Shown: positions 24,701 through 34,646 of the stretch, piece by piece | Position numbering within the stretch: position 1 is the stretch's first letter | How the letters are laid out: each line of letters starts with the position of its first letter | Virus record (IMG/VR): IMGVR_UViG_3300046171_000107 | Span: 1-57,546 of that record | Reading direction: 5' to 3' (one strand) | Length of the DNA stretch: 57,546 nt | From: a virus | Taxonomy: Duplodnaviria > Caudoviricetes | Translations under genes and position numbers: made by a program | The notes under the pieces: generated by a model | Database searches by the model: none | Told to the model about the DNA's origin: nothing | What the model saw: only the letters and a program-made list of their open reading frames with translations

Positions 24701-25375
24701 TTTAACACCTTCAGATAATCCGTTCAAAAGGTTAGCCGCACCCCACCCAACATCTTTTCGGATTTGAAAACCAAAAGACAACCCCCCTATTGACCCGCCC
24801 AGTGTTCGCGCCATTTCTAGTGCAGGGCGTTGTCCGGGTGGAACAACTTGGTCGGGGCCCAAAAGTTGTTCTTCAATGTCGTCCATAAAGTCGTATGTGA
24901 GGAAAGATGCCCCAATTCCGGCGACAACCGGAGTTCCCAACTGCACGGTAGCAGACAGCCAGTTTGTAGGAGGCCGCTTTAAAGTTCGAGCCCCGACAAA
25001 TTTTGCGGTTTCCATTCCAACAGCCACACTAGGGGCCGTCTTGAACATCTCCCCAAAGAACCCTCTCTTTAAGTCGGCGGGCTCCGCGTTGCTAAAAAGA
25101 ACAATAATGTCGTCGGGCATCAACGTCCGATCAATAGGCGGCTTATCTGAATAACCGGGTAACCGATCCAAGATACCCGCGGTGCCGTCTTGCAGCCCTT
25201 CGTAAGTAAGGAAATTTGGGTCTTGTTCTAATTCCGTGGCAAAGTCGCCTTGGAAAGTGTTCACCAAATCCTTTGCAAGTGCTTCTGACGGCTCGTTAGT
25301 AAACAGACGGAAATCGTCAATTACTTCGGGGGTCAGTTGTACACGGTTGCCTTCAAGGCTAATCATATCCGACAT
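21758..25375 (-). CDS. Large internal virion/ejection protein
   Basis: 1205 aa, helical, in the typical podovirus ejectosome position; ends in GIGSLMG. Confidence 0.65.
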   Translation of the reverse strand: MSDMISLEGNRVQLTPEVIDDFRLFTNEPSEALAKDLVNTFQGDFATELEQDPNFLTYEGLQDGTAGILDRLPGYSDKPPIDRTLMPDDIIVLFSNAEPADLKRGFFGEMFKTAPSVAVGMETAKFVGARTLKRPPTNWLSATVQLGTPVVAGIGASFLTYDFMDDIEEQLLGPDQVVPPGQRPALEMARTLGGSIGGLSFGFQIRKDVGWGAANLLNGLSEGVKPNKAMRFSAAAEELLGNLGKTSRAAPKSTIFAETVVGGGASLGAYGAESIAPGSTPARLFGEFAGGNTFASFVARALPTTLARMEKIIETADPQSIEQQAINARQKRIFDRINEIYETYGGDYVKLTEELNNPEIRGLFDELFPGVKFTAAQRTGDPVLMAVESAQASNNMKLDAARQKADADAKEFGLLFINSLIQEGSETSLREAARLRKSMFEDTINTRLRNAVDDLITARQRLSDQPGQTANVSRANLSLQLGNVIDQQLGFARKQEKQLWQAVEDVPVFENIEPGGPLPSFLQSWQKNQKKRPENQETINEALKPITKFVNNSRVELGLQAPDPVPETGVFNTLYKETNPQARKKFDELTEGLDLNDFSPENIARIEAAQQGTTNLPVSVLFNRKLRELDALSKQVGSREVKPLTASELIEMRSTALSLAKSLSSGQNPNRDAARIAGEFAEAILDDLNAVPEGMAAYDAARAYSAALNDVYTRGILGKTFSKMGTGERRVPMELLVEEFVKSNASITGLRVKQLQAINDFAKNQGFEGVSESFTTVDNLVESALRDAQKKALTEKINPDGTRTLTVNAKRLTDWKKENADLLELFPQLKLDLENAASAQATFDVMSKRANAGLKKAENQTYLSDLIDGVSPTVAINDAYSSKNPINEFRKLFRLTSLKSLKDEKPQIQQAWQTAILQRGLMEAGGQGTGFSPSAFYRFMFEPLPNHPRTSLADLMESYDIMSKQDMRRMRFISKQLVRVEAADAAGKLNDPEFMAQAGPILDFYTSIAGSALGTKLGSTLTGGQPGPGALKMAQSGSSMTKDILMRVPASRKLELLELTFLDPDLTVSLMAKPQNQKDKARVFSKVNRFLQEQFGVRGAAMQPYLLREGAEEEDTGTGVSEEEFLNEIGDQTSIDPSLIPQQVPTQQVAPPTTALASAAPVQPQPVAPPPVASGPVDRSRYAAMFPTDIASSMIRQQGIGSLMG

Positions 25376-25381
25376 TTGATT

Positions 25382-28372
25382 TTACCCCCTATCCAAATCT
25401 TTAGTTTTAGAGGTGTTTTGAACACCGCTGCTACCAAGGAACCGCTCATAGCCCAAAATTGCGCCCGTTGTCTCGCCGATCATGTTTTGCAACTGTGGTA
25501 AAAGGCGTCGTGCGTCACCAACATCTGCTTTTGAATATTCTTCCGGGTTATCCAAAATCATTTTGGTTTCAACATATGTTCGAGCTAAAGTGTTTCTAAC
25601 CACTTTTAACGACTCCAATGCACCCACATCTGTCTTAAACAGACTTGGACGGAAGCCCGAGACCTGATCTTTTAACAACTCCATGTCTAAGGCGAACAAT
25701 TTACCGCTTAACCCTGACCGCTCCAAACGTATTACGTCTTTAGCAAGTTGTTCTAGCTGTTTATCGGCTCTGGCAGTAATTTTACCGGCTTGACCAGCAT
25801 AACCTGAACCAATTCCAATCTCAGAAGCCTGACCGGCAACCGCGTTAAAGAAGCGCTGAATACCGGAAGTAAAGCCTTGAGACTTGGTGTAATCCACCCC
25901 AGTGATAACAAAGGTCGGGTCCGCGGTAGCTACATCAATATTGACTTTGTTTGTCTCTGGATCGACCAGCGGCTTATCTTGAGGCACAAGTTGAGCAAAC
26001 TCTGTTGAAGTAAACCCAAGACTTTGCAACGGAACCGGAGAAGTTAACTCAGGGTTGTTTAACAGTCGTGTACGGATGGCTTGTTTTACATACTCTGGAA
26101 GAGGCCGTTTCTGCATCAAGCCACGAGCATCTGGAACTCCAGCAGTATACAGCGTGATAAATGTCTCCATTTTATCGTCTTTTGCGCCTTGTGCGTATAA
26201 ATCCAATGCGCGAACCCCGTCAATTTCTGCGGTAGCGAAGTATTTAGCTGCTTTATCGGCGCTTCCGCTACCAAAGATATCCGGGGGAGTTTCGGCTTTT
26301 TCATATTTAGTAAGAGCATCTACGCCGTTGTCTTCTTGCACCTGTGCGATTTGACTGTCACTGAGATATATGGGCGTACCCGGTGCAACGGTAACGTCAT
26401 TCACAGTTATTGGCTTCGTGTTGACTACGATTTTAGTAGTTTCGGGTTTAGGTTCTCCTGTAGCGGTTCCTAGCGTCCAACCCTGTTGCGCCAAGCTGTA
26501 ATATTCGGTAGATCCTTCTGGTACGGACTTTGCGTCATCGCCCTTACGCATATTAACAAGCGGCGCAGTTTTAGGATCAAACGCCCCGCGAAGAGTTGCC
26601 CCATCTTTAATAGCCTTCCAATACTCAGGGCTATTCTTTTCAAACGCCTTAACTTCTGTCCCGCCGCCTTCTTTCGGCACGTTCAAGTTGACCGCGTCTT
26701 TCGTTGTGACGGGCACAGAACCAGAAAGCAAGCCGCCTTTTCCGCCTTCAGAAACAGGCTTAATGGCCTTAAGGTAAGGGTCTGTTCCGGGCGTCATAAC
26801 CTGCTGTGACCCGTCGGGGAATATTATGTTTACGTCGCCATTCTTTTCTGGTGCTTTGTAGGGAACGGTAGAGGTCTCAAAACCGTCAATTGTGGTAGCT
26901 TGATCGGGGGTGACGTTAATTACATCGCCTACCGATAGAGTAGCACCTTCATAGATAACCGGTTTAGTAACAGTATATGCCTTCGCGGCAGAGCCCTCGC
27001 CGGGTTTTTCCCACGGCTTCAAAGCATCTGGTTCTACCCTTGCCACCTGTGCGGGCCGCAAGTTCAATAGTTGCCCCGCGGGGTAAGTTTTATCCCCAAT
27101 GGTTACTTGTCTTGTAGTAACAAAGGGTTTAGACGCCTTTACCGCAGTTGTCTCGTTTTTAAGCTTTTGCAAATCACGGGCCTGTTCCGCGGCCACTTCC
27201 GCCGCCAACTTAGTTTCAGCCGACTGCAATGCCGCCAAATCAACTGCCCGCTCTTCCTTCTTAGCCGCTTTCTGCAACTCAAGCTGCTGTTGAGCACGTG
27301 CGCCAATAGTTTGTGGCAGTTTTGTACTAGAAGCCGCCATAGCTAAGCGCTCTGCGGGGCTCAAACCTCTACGCTCACCTTGCATTGGAGCCGCAAAAGT
27401 AAGCGCTGTCTGAGCAATGTCGAACAGCATTTGAGCTTGAGTTAGCTTCTTCTGTTCTTCAAGATCCGCGGCGCGTGATGCGGCGTCCCCTAATCCATAT
27501 TCCCGGTAAATTTCTTTTTGCGCGTCCATCAACTGACGCAAACGACTGCCGTCGCTTTGCGCAGGTGTGTTGCTGGCGGCGTCTATCTTAGCGCGTAAAT
27601 CCTGAAGTTGCTTGGGCGTCGTTCCTATCTGCGGCCCAAAATAAGGGGTTAACGCATCAAAGTCTACGCCGCCATTGGCAAAGTATTTTACCGGCTGGTT
27701 GTCTCCGCGGCGGACCAGCCCGCCTTGATTAAAATTTACGGGCGGGGGACCCCCCATCCCCGCTGGTGGCATCGAAGGAGCCATTTCTGCCGGAGGCGGA
27801 GGAGCTACAGTAGACATAATGCCTTCTGCCATCGCGCCTTCAACGGGCGCGGTCATCTCTTCCGCCGCCAAGCCCCCAATACCTTGGTCAACTGCTGCCA
27901 TCATCATAACCGGCTGAACGAGCGCAAGAACAGACTCTGGAGTCTGACGCGCATCTTCCGGCCCAACAACGCCAGAAAGTTCGTCATAACGATCTTCTAG
28001 CGTGGCATTGTCACCACGTATTACATTCATTACTTGTTCGTAGTCTTCAACTTCGTCCAAGTTTTCTAAATTATCTGCAACCTGCGCAAGCATACCCTGC
28101 ATCGCGCCAGTATCCATTGTTTGTGCGCCCATTGCCTCTGCCTGCTCTTCAGGAACCCCGGAGGCCGCACCCATCATTGCACCAGAAGGTGGCATCATCG
28201 GAGGCATACCTTGTGGAGGCATCATTGGAGCCATACCACCCTCTTGCATCGGGATAACGCCCCGACCCATTAGGATGTCTTTTTGTGTGATCTGGCCGTC
28301 GCCACTATAGTCAGGGAACGCTGCCCCGCCTTTAGCAAACATCTGCCGGTTCATTACGCCTCTGTTCATCAT
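25382..28372 (-). CDS. Internal virion/ejection protein
   Basis: 996 aa; four xxGG motifs; EF-hand/dockerin-like loop DYSGDGQITQKD. Confidence 0.65.
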   Translation of the reverse strand: MMNRGVMNRQMFAKGGAAFPDYSGDGQITQKDILMGRGVIPMQEGGMAPMMPPQGMPPMMPPSGAMMGAASGVPEEQAEAMGAQTMDTGAMQGMLAQVADNLENLDEVEDYEQVMNVIRGDNATLEDRYDELSGVVGPEDARQTPESVLALVQPVMMMAAVDQGIGGLAAEEMTAPVEGAMAEGIMSTVAPPPPAEMAPSMPPAGMGGPPPVNFNQGGLVRRGDNQPVKYFANGGVDFDALTPYFGPQIGTTPKQLQDLRAKIDAASNTPAQSDGSRLRQLMDAQKEIYREYGLGDAASRAADLEEQKKLTQAQMLFDIAQTALTFAAPMQGERRGLSPAERLAMAASSTKLPQTIGARAQQQLELQKAAKKEERAVDLAALQSAETKLAAEVAAEQARDLQKLKNETTAVKASKPFVTTRQVTIGDKTYPAGQLLNLRPAQVARVEPDALKPWEKPGEGSAAKAYTVTKPVIYEGATLSVGDVINVTPDQATTIDGFETSTVPYKAPEKNGDVNIIFPDGSQQVMTPGTDPYLKAIKPVSEGGKGGLLSGSVPVTTKDAVNLNVPKEGGGTEVKAFEKNSPEYWKAIKDGATLRGAFDPKTAPLVNMRKGDDAKSVPEGSTEYYSLAQQGWTLGTATGEPKPETTKIVVNTKPITVNDVTVAPGTPIYLSDSQIAQVQEDNGVDALTKYEKAETPPDIFGSGSADKAAKYFATAEIDGVRALDLYAQGAKDDKMETFITLYTAGVPDARGLMQKRPLPEYVKQAIRTRLLNNPELTSPVPLQSLGFTSTEFAQLVPQDKPLVDPETNKVNIDVATADPTFVITGVDYTKSQGFTSGIQRFFNAVAGQASEIGIGSGYAGQAGKITARADKQLEQLAKDVIRLERSGLSGKLFALDMELLKDQVSGFRPSLFKTDVGALESLKVVRNTLARTYVETKMILDNPEEYSKADVGDARRLLPQLQNMIGETTGAILGYERFLGSSGVQNTSKTKDLDRG

Positions 28373-30204
28373 CCGAATAACCCTGCTTTCTGAGCCCCTG
28401 CTGCCGCTGACAGACCCGCTATGCCCAGCCCCATAAATTGTTGAGCCGGTGATACGCTTGGTGCCGTCGAAGCGGCAATAGTCTGCTGTGTTGACGGAGC
28501 ACCCTTATAAATGTCTGACAAGAATGACAGACGTTGATACGGCTCGTAAAGCTGCGCCAAATCGCTTTGACGCTTGGCTTCCAGAGTCGCCTGTTGCTGA
28601 GCCTGCTGCCGCCCGCCAAGCTCGTATTGAGTTTGTAGGTTACGCAACCCAGTCTGCTGAGCCAGTTCACCAAGGCTAGCCTGCTGAAGACCCAATGTAC
28701 CCAACGCTTGACCGGCTTGCAACCCAAGCTGACCCAGAGCCTGACCGCCCTGTAGACCAAACTGACCGTACTGAAGCCCGATGTCGCCCATCTGACCAGC
28801 CATACCAGCCAGTGCCTGCTGACCCTGAAGGCCAAGCTGACCGCCTGCTTGTGCGCCGGAAAGACCAAGTTGTGCTTGCGCCTGACCCAACTGACCGCCC
28901 TGCTGAGCGATCTGAGCGGCAAGCTGTTCTGTAGAAATACCCAGACGTGCAGCCTGTTCTGCCATAGCCGCCTGCTGTTGTGCGGCGGACAGACCCAACT
29001 GACCCGACTGTAGCCCTGTTTGTGCGGCAAGTTGCTCTGCGGACAGACCCAACTGACCTGCGGCTTGACCCGCTCCAATTCCAAGTTGTGCTTGCGACTG
29101 ACCAAGAGCGCCAGCCTGCTGTGCCGCCTGAAGCGCTGAACCCGCACCAGCTTGACCAAGCTGACCGGTAAGACCTGCCGCCTGTAGCTGACGTGCCCGT
29201 GCCTGCTCGAAAGCGGCCTGTGCCTGTTGCGCTGCACTCTGATAACCCTGCGCCCGCATTTGTGCGGCTGTACGACCCTGCTGCTCCAACTGAGCACGGG
29301 CTGTTTCTGCCGCCTGAACACCAGCGCGAGAACCGCCAAAAGCCCCAGCACCCACCGCCTGTGCGGCCTGCTGTTGCTGCATAATCTGCCCCTGACGCGC
29401 AATATCCTGCATAGCCTGCTGAACTGCGGCATCTTCATAAGGGCTCATATATTGAGCAATCGTAGATGGGTCAAACTGTTGTGCGCCACCGGCAAGACCG
29501 GCTATACCCGCTTGTGCGGCACCCATGCCCATACGTCCGGCGGCCTGCGCCTGACGAATAGCGGCCTGAGTTCCGGGGGCCGCGGCCCCTGCTGCGCCTA
29601 GAATTTGCCGACCGGCTTGTCCCGTGATACCACGAGCGCCCTGAATTGCCTGCTGTGCACCGGTTTGCGCCGTGCCAAGTTGACCCGGAACGAGCCCTGC
29701 GGCTGCTAAAATACTACCAATACCGGCTTGCGATTGGCCGCGGGCCGCGAGAGATGCTGCGTCCATCGCGCTCAACGCGCCGCCAGTTACACCCTGACCA
29801 TATTGAAGTGCGCCTTCAATCCCCTGCTGTGCTGCACCAACCTGAGTTGGAACACCCTGCATCGCGCCCAAAAGGCCCGCTTCTGCCGCCTGACGATAGG
29901 GGTCGGCGGTCTGCATAGCCCCTGTAATATAAGGTGAAGCTGCACCGTATACACCGCCAAGCTGCTGCTGAGCATCGCCCATCGTGTAGCCCGCTTCGGT
30001 GAGATACGGCATATAACCGCCAATACCGCCAGCTTGTTGAGCGGCGGCAAAGGCTAAGTCTTGAAGACCCGTAAACCCAGCTACTTGCTGGGTAGGGAGC
30101 GTAATCCCTTTATCAGAGAGATCTTTTGCAGACTGAAGAAGCCCTAGTTTATAGGCTTCAATCTCCGGGGCTTCGCGGACTATCTGTTCGGTAACTTCAG
30201 CCAT
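28369..30204 (-). CDS. Gln/Ala/Gly-rich ejection (DNA transfer/pilot) protein
   Basis: About 11-residue QAGQLGL repeats; QYMSPY, GAFGGSR, PYQRLSF motifs; hydrophobic C-terminus. Confidence 0.7.
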   Translation of the reverse strand: MAEVTEQIVREAPEIEAYKLGLLQSAKDLSDKGITLPTQQVAGFTGLQDLAFAAAQQAGGIGGYMPYLTEAGYTMGDAQQQLGGVYGAASPYITGAMQTADPYRQAAEAGLLGAMQGVPTQVGAAQQGIEGALQYGQGVTGGALSAMDAASLAARGQSQAGIGSILAAAGLVPGQLGTAQTGAQQAIQGARGITGQAGRQILGAAGAAAPGTQAAIRQAQAAGRMGMGAAQAGIAGLAGGAQQFDPSTIAQYMSPYEDAAVQQAMQDIARQGQIMQQQQAAQAVGAGAFGGSRAGVQAAETARAQLEQQGRTAAQMRAQGYQSAAQQAQAAFEQARARQLQAAGLTGQLGQAGAGSALQAAQQAGALGQSQAQLGIGAGQAAGQLGLSAEQLAAQTGLQSGQLGLSAAQQQAAMAEQAARLGISTEQLAAQIAQQGGQLGQAQAQLGLSGAQAGGQLGLQGQQALAGMAGQMGDIGLQYGQFGLQGGQALGQLGLQAGQALGTLGLQQASLGELAQQTGLRNLQTQYELGGRQQAQQQATLEAKRQSDLAQLYEPYQRLSFLSDIYKGAPSTQQTIAASTAPSVSPAQQFMGLGIAGLSAAAGAQKAGLFG

Positions 30205-31955
30205 TATGCCATCGCCTTTCCACGAGACTCAAGACCGCGCATCATGTCATACATATTATTGATGCCCTGCCTCATGTTCCCGTTACCCAGACCACGAACC
30301 GCGTCGGTAGTCATTACAAATTCACCCGGCATCAGCATAGCGCGGACGCTGTCCTGACCCGGAATACCCTCATCTGGCATAATGCCGCCCACACGACGTG
30401 GGAAAATCTCGCCGCCTTCTGCCGCATATTGCCCATCAAAAGCATAAATGGGTTGATCTTGTGGCTTCATAAACGGATTAACAAATGTGCCCTGACCGGG
30501 GACAATCGTATACGGAGATGCAATTTCTGTTGGACCGGTCGAATACCGCGGATCAAGGTTTTGAACGCGATACTTTTCAGGGTCTGCCGCAATCAGGTCT
30601 TCACCAGTCGGGCCAGTATACTGAGACATATCTAGCTCTTCCTGCTCTGGAGCAGTAAAGAAGCCTGCACCTGCTGCAAGCGCTGTGCCTGCCGCGGCGG
30701 CTGGGCCAAAGGTGCGGAGAAGACCGGGGCCAATGCTGGAAGCAGTTACGTTTTTCATAGCCTCTAACCCTGCCGCTGCCGCTTGAGACTCTGTAGCCCC
30801 CGGAAGAGCTTTAACCGCATTAAACGCGTCGCTATACGCAGTATTTTTAGCCAAAGCTACTTGAGCTTCAGTCGGGCCTGCGGGCATAAACAGTTCTTTA
30901 CTTGCATCTAAGAAGCTCTTGTCCCCCGTCCCAACGTCCGTAAACATATCAGTTAAGGTATCGCTAATCGTGCTAGGCTTATAGGCTTGAGTTACCGCCT
31001 CCTTCGTAGTAATCGGAACTTCTTTAAGAGTGTCTGTCACCGAATCACGGGTAATCAACTTGTCTGCGAGTTGGTCGGTGCTAGTTGGTGTAGACACCGT
31101 TTTCTTACCAGCCACATCAAAGGTCTGAACCTCTGGACCGGAAAGCTGAGCGCCTTCTGACAGCGCCTTGTATGAAGTGCCCCCTTCTGAAGCAGGGCCG
31201 CCCTTCATGTTAGCAAAAGAAGCACCAGAGAAGTCGCCCGTAAACGCCTTACCGATGTTTGAGAAGCCTTCCGTCAAGTTAGCTGGGTTAGCAGCGTTAG
31301 AAATGCCTGACATGAAGCCTTCACCAGAAATCGCGCCAGATACGCCCGAGAACAGGGCACCTGTACCACCCGAAATCAATGCCGACTTAAAGGCGTCTTT
31401 TATATTTCCGCCATTTATCAAGGTAGCGATACCAGAACCAAGTGCGGCACCGTAAATAGGACCCATGAACATAGACCCGACAATCGGCAGAACAATCGGG
31501 GCTACTTTCTTGATGACCTTTTTGACCGACTTAACAACCTTCTTGACGGCCTTTTTAACTTTACGAAAAATCTTTTTAAGAAAAAACTCTGGCAAACCCG
31601 TGTCTGGGTTAATTGAGTTAGCGTCAGAACCAACAACATAGCGCTCTGGGTCTTCAATACCCATATCGCGCAAATGGTCAAAAATAGAATCCCTGAGTTC
31701 AGGGTTGTCTTCAATCAGAGCTTTTGGAACAATCAATTCACCGGTTTCAGCGTGAACCAGTTTATCGTCACCATAACGGCCATAAGAAGCCATTCGAGAG
31801 GCAACATCCTGAAAATTAGCAATACCTGCGCCGCCAAACTCGCGTTCAGCGTCGGCGCGGTTCATCGCCTCAAATTCATCATCATCTAAATAAAAGTCAG
31901 CAATACCCCCTGCTGGGATGACTAACTCTTCTTCTTTTAATGCTGCATCTGCCAT
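30204..31955 (-). CDS. Ejection/pilot protein with N-terminal pro-domain, cationic amphipathic helix and TM segments
   Basis: GRYGD..VH..GE...NPDTGLPEF-FLKKIFRKVKKAVKK...; C-terminal G..DSVRAML.PGEFV; TAATG-coupled start. Confidence 0.7.
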   Translation of the reverse strand: MADAALKEEELVIPAGGIADFYLDDDEFEAMNRADAEREFGGAGIANFQDVASRMASYGRYGDDKLVHAETGELIVPKALIEDNPELRDSIFDHLRDMGIEDPERYVVGSDANSINPDTGLPEFFLKKIFRKVKKAVKKVVKSVKKVIKKVAPIVLPIVGSMFMGPIYGAALGSGIATLINGGNIKDAFKSALISGGTGALFSGVSGAISGEGFMSGISNAANPANLTEGFSNIGKAFTGDFSGASFANMKGGPASEGGTSYKALSEGAQLSGPEVQTFDVAGKKTVSTPTSTDQLADKLITRDSVTDTLKEVPITTKEAVTQAYKPSTISDTLTDMFTDVGTGDKSFLDASKELFMPAGPTEAQVALAKNTAYSDAFNAVKALPGATESQAAAAGLEAMKNVTASSIGPGLLRTFGPAAAAGTALAAGAGFFTAPEQEELDMSQYTGPTGEDLIAADPEKYRVQNLDPRYSTGPTEIASPYTIVPGQGTFVNPFMKPQDQPIYAFDGQYAAEGGEIFPRRVGGIMPDEGIPGQDSVRAMLMPGEFVMTTDAVRGLGNGNMRQGINNMYDMMRGLESRGKAMA

Positions 31956-32188
31956 TAGCCTGCTCCACCGGACATAGATTCCGGCATAGTTACCGTAATC
32001 ATTGTACTTCTTTTTTCGCTTCCCGTCCATGAATTACCGCAATTTGGGCAATTCCCGCTTGGATACGACAGGATTTCAGCCGGAGTGTCCACTTCGTTGT
32101 CGCAAGAAGCACAACTTACAATGTCCCGGCTCGTTGATGGACGCCACTTACTGCCATCCGCCATAGTAATAATAGTCTCGTCACTCAT
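31955..32188 (-). CDS. Small Zn-binding protein
   Basis: CASC...CPNC. Confidence 0.7.
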   Translation of the reverse strand: MSDETIITMADGSKWRPSTSRDIVSCASCDNEVDTPAEILSYPSGNCPNCGNSWTGSEKRSTMITVTMPESMSGGAG

Positions 32189-32481
32189 GGTGTTGATACC
32201 GTGACGCTGCCCACGGCCCCTGTTGCTGTGGATCCGCGTGGATAGGGCTTATTAGATACCGTTATCCGTAACTCGTCTCCATGTTGAAATATATCTCCTA
32301 CGCGAAGCTCAAAATTGTCTTGCTGCAAATCCGGCAACGCTAAAGCAGACGCCTGCCACGGCCCCGGATTGTTAACTTGCTGCAAGAATACCGAAAACGC
32401 CCGCACAACCTCTGCCATGAACCGCGGGTCGTATTCCTGCGGTGCGTTTGGAAACAGCGGTTGTACTAGACCCCTCGACAT
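32185..32481 (-). CDS. Hypothetical tail-associated protein
   Basis: Coupled ORF; P.AP.EYD motif. Confidence 0.7.
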   Translation of the reverse strand: MSRGLVQPLFPNAPQEYDPRFMAEVVRAFSVFLQQVNNPGPWQASALALPDLQQDNFELRVGDIFQHGDELRITVSNKPYPRGSTATGAVGSVTVSTP

Positions 32482-34406
32482 TAGCGCCTACCATCTGGTC
32501 GTATATCTACTCGCGGCGAACCCAATCGCCACGCTACACCCATATCACTAGACTCAATCTTCATAGCAAAAGAGCGGCCACGAAGCCTCAAATTCACCTG
32601 ATTAGTAAACTGTTCCACGGGCACCGTAGCTGTCCGTGTTACCGCATCCGTGCTAGTTTGCAGGTACGGGCCGCCCGGATAATTTCTTGTCTGCAAGATA
32701 AAATCAGCTTGTGGCGACGCCGCCGTAGACGCATCGAAGGTCAAATCCGGTATCAAACGGCGCATAAAGATGAAATTCTCCCCATCACCGATGTCCATCT
32801 GACTGCTCTCAATATATGAGGTAATAGCGCTAGCGGGGCTTGTGCTGCCGTCATCAAGGCCTTTTTCATGCAGGTAGAGGTAGCCGTCCTGACTTGCCGC
32901 AATCGGGAACTGGTTAATCCCACGGTCAAGCCATACAGACCGGGCAAGAGCGCCATAATACCAGACCTGCTCTTGGTAATTGTAAATCACATAGCGGTCG
33001 ATATCATCTGAATTAGCCGACGGATACAACCACCAGATCTCAGAGAAACTGCTGTTAATCCCTGCGGTTACTTTTTCTGCCTGCGCGGAGTTAAAGTCAT
33101 TAAACACATATGACCGCACCGCACAAGGCAACTTTTGAACCTGCCCGTTGTAGACATAAAACTCCTCGCGGCCCATCCAGAACACGGTGTCTTCTACCGC
33201 AATAGACGCCAAAGGCCCTGCAATGGTGAGGTTAGTGGATATCTCACTAATACCAAAAGTAAACGGAGGCCCCAAATACTGCATCGCGTGAAGCGACACG
33301 TCCGTAAACACCAGCACCTGCTGCCTTGTTTCAACAGCCGTTACAATCTGTGAGCCAGAGCCGATCCGCAGATCACCGGCAGTGTTGGTAGCCAGAGACT
33401 CCCATGTAGTCGGGCTTTCTTGGCTAGAAAACCGAATAAGTAGCGGATCCTGCACCCCAATGTCATTCTGCGGGTCACATCCAAAAGCAATGATGTGCCT
33501 GTCTCTGTCTGAAACCAAGACCTGCTTTGCAATAGTGGGGGTCGTCGCGTCTGCGCCAGCTAGGTCAGAAAGCGCTACCGCACGGGCAAAAGGAGCCGAA
33601 CTCGTGCTTTTATCCCAATAATAGATGCCGCCATCGCGGATGTTGAAGACCAAGTCTTCACCGAAGTTGTCGTGACCCCAAATCCGTAAAATGTCGCCAA
33701 CCGCCGTCAGACTAGCCGCCGAACCCCAGCCGCCGCGGCCCCATGTGCCTGCACCCCAACCAGTGCCCGCCACAGTCGTGTCCAAGCCGGTATTTACTTG
33801 ATACGCGCCGACTACAGCCGCGCCACCGTTGCCGGTATCTGACGCATTTGCCACGACAAGCGTGGGCGTATATTGCCCATCAATAGTAATGTCCGCCAGA
33901 GTAGCTACTGCGCGGGCTTCAATTTCGTATGTGTTGGAATTTACAATCGCGGTAATCTGATACTCTTGGTTGAGTATGTCCGCGGTAATGTCGCCCCCAA
34001 GCGTTACAGCGCCACTAAATGTCACAAAGTCGTTTTCTAACGCCCCGTGGTTGGTATCCGTTACTGTAATAGTAGACGACCCATTGGTGGCGGCAAAGGT
34101 AACATCGCCTGCCGCAGTAGTTTGCCGCAAAGGCGTAATGTCGTTATACGCGCCGCCCTCGTTGATGTAGTACTTGAGGTGCGTACCCACACTTAGATAC
34201 GACTCCCCGGAGAGTGCTACAAACGGGTGAAGCGCACGACAGGTGCCTAAAAAGCTGTTTACCGACTGTTTTTCCCAGCCGCCTATCTTTTCAGGCGTAC
34301 CAAACCGAAAACGAACCTTGTCACAGTCGAACCACCCGCCCTCATTGGTGTATGAGGTGGTTTCTCTGTTAACACCCGGTCTGAATTGCAGCTTGGTTAA
34401 AGGCAT
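32481..34406 (-). CDS. Tail nozzle / packaged-DNA stabilization protein (P22 gp10-like beta-propeller)
   Basis: Propeller-like repeats (IRFSSQE, EIWWLYPS, RYVIYNY..WYYG); genomic position. Confidence 0.7.
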   Translation of the reverse strand: MPLTKLQFRPGVNRETTSYTNEGGWFDCDKVRFRFGTPEKIGGWEKQSVNSFLGTCRALHPFVALSGESYLSVGTHLKYYINEGGAYNDITPLRQTTAAGDVTFAATNGSSTITVTDTNHGALENDFVTFSGAVTLGGDITADILNQEYQITAIVNSNTYEIEARAVATLADITIDGQYTPTLVVANASDTGNGGAAVVGAYQVNTGLDTTVAGTGWGAGTWGRGGWGSAASLTAVGDILRIWGHDNFGEDLVFNIRDGGIYYWDKSTSSAPFARAVALSDLAGADATTPTIAKQVLVSDRDRHIIAFGCDPQNDIGVQDPLLIRFSSQESPTTWESLATNTAGDLRIGSGSQIVTAVETRQQVLVFTDVSLHAMQYLGPPFTFGISEISTNLTIAGPLASIAVEDTVFWMGREEFYVYNGQVQKLPCAVRSYVFNDFNSAQAEKVTAGINSSFSEIWWLYPSANSDDIDRYVIYNYQEQVWYYGALARSVWLDRGINQFPIAASQDGYLYLHEKGLDDGSTSPASAITSYIESSQMDIGDGENFIFMRRLIPDLTFDASTAASPQADFILQTRNYPGGPYLQTSTDAVTRTATVPVEQFTNQVNLRLRGRSFAMKIESSDMGVAWRLGSPRVDIRPDGRR

Positions 34407-34412
34407 TGCACA

Positions 34413-34646
34413 TTAGTTCGCTATAGCTGCTTCTTGCTCACCTTCATCGCCGCCTTCTTCAACGGACTGAATGAGCGCAGTAGTAAATGCGTCCTGTGCT
34501 ACCTGCACTTGGTCAAGCTGGAAACGAAGAGAACCGGCCTTTGCTTGCAGATCACGGATCTGATTAATCAGATACATCTGCTGCGCGTCCATAGTGGACT
34601 CTTCATATTCCTTACCTGCAATGGTAATTACGTTTGACTCACTCAT
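34413..34646 (-). CDS. Coiled-coil hypothetical protein (possible fibre chaperone)
   Basis: Downstream of the tail fibre. Confidence 0.65.
   Translation of the reverse strand: MSESNVITIAGKEYEESTMDAQQMYLINQIRDLQAKAGSLRFQLDQVQVAQDAFTTALIQSVEEGGDEGEQEAAIAN

Noticed and set aside
28419-29438. 339-aa alternative-frame ORF
   Set aside because: By-product of repetitive Gln/Ala/Gly codons in the real gene
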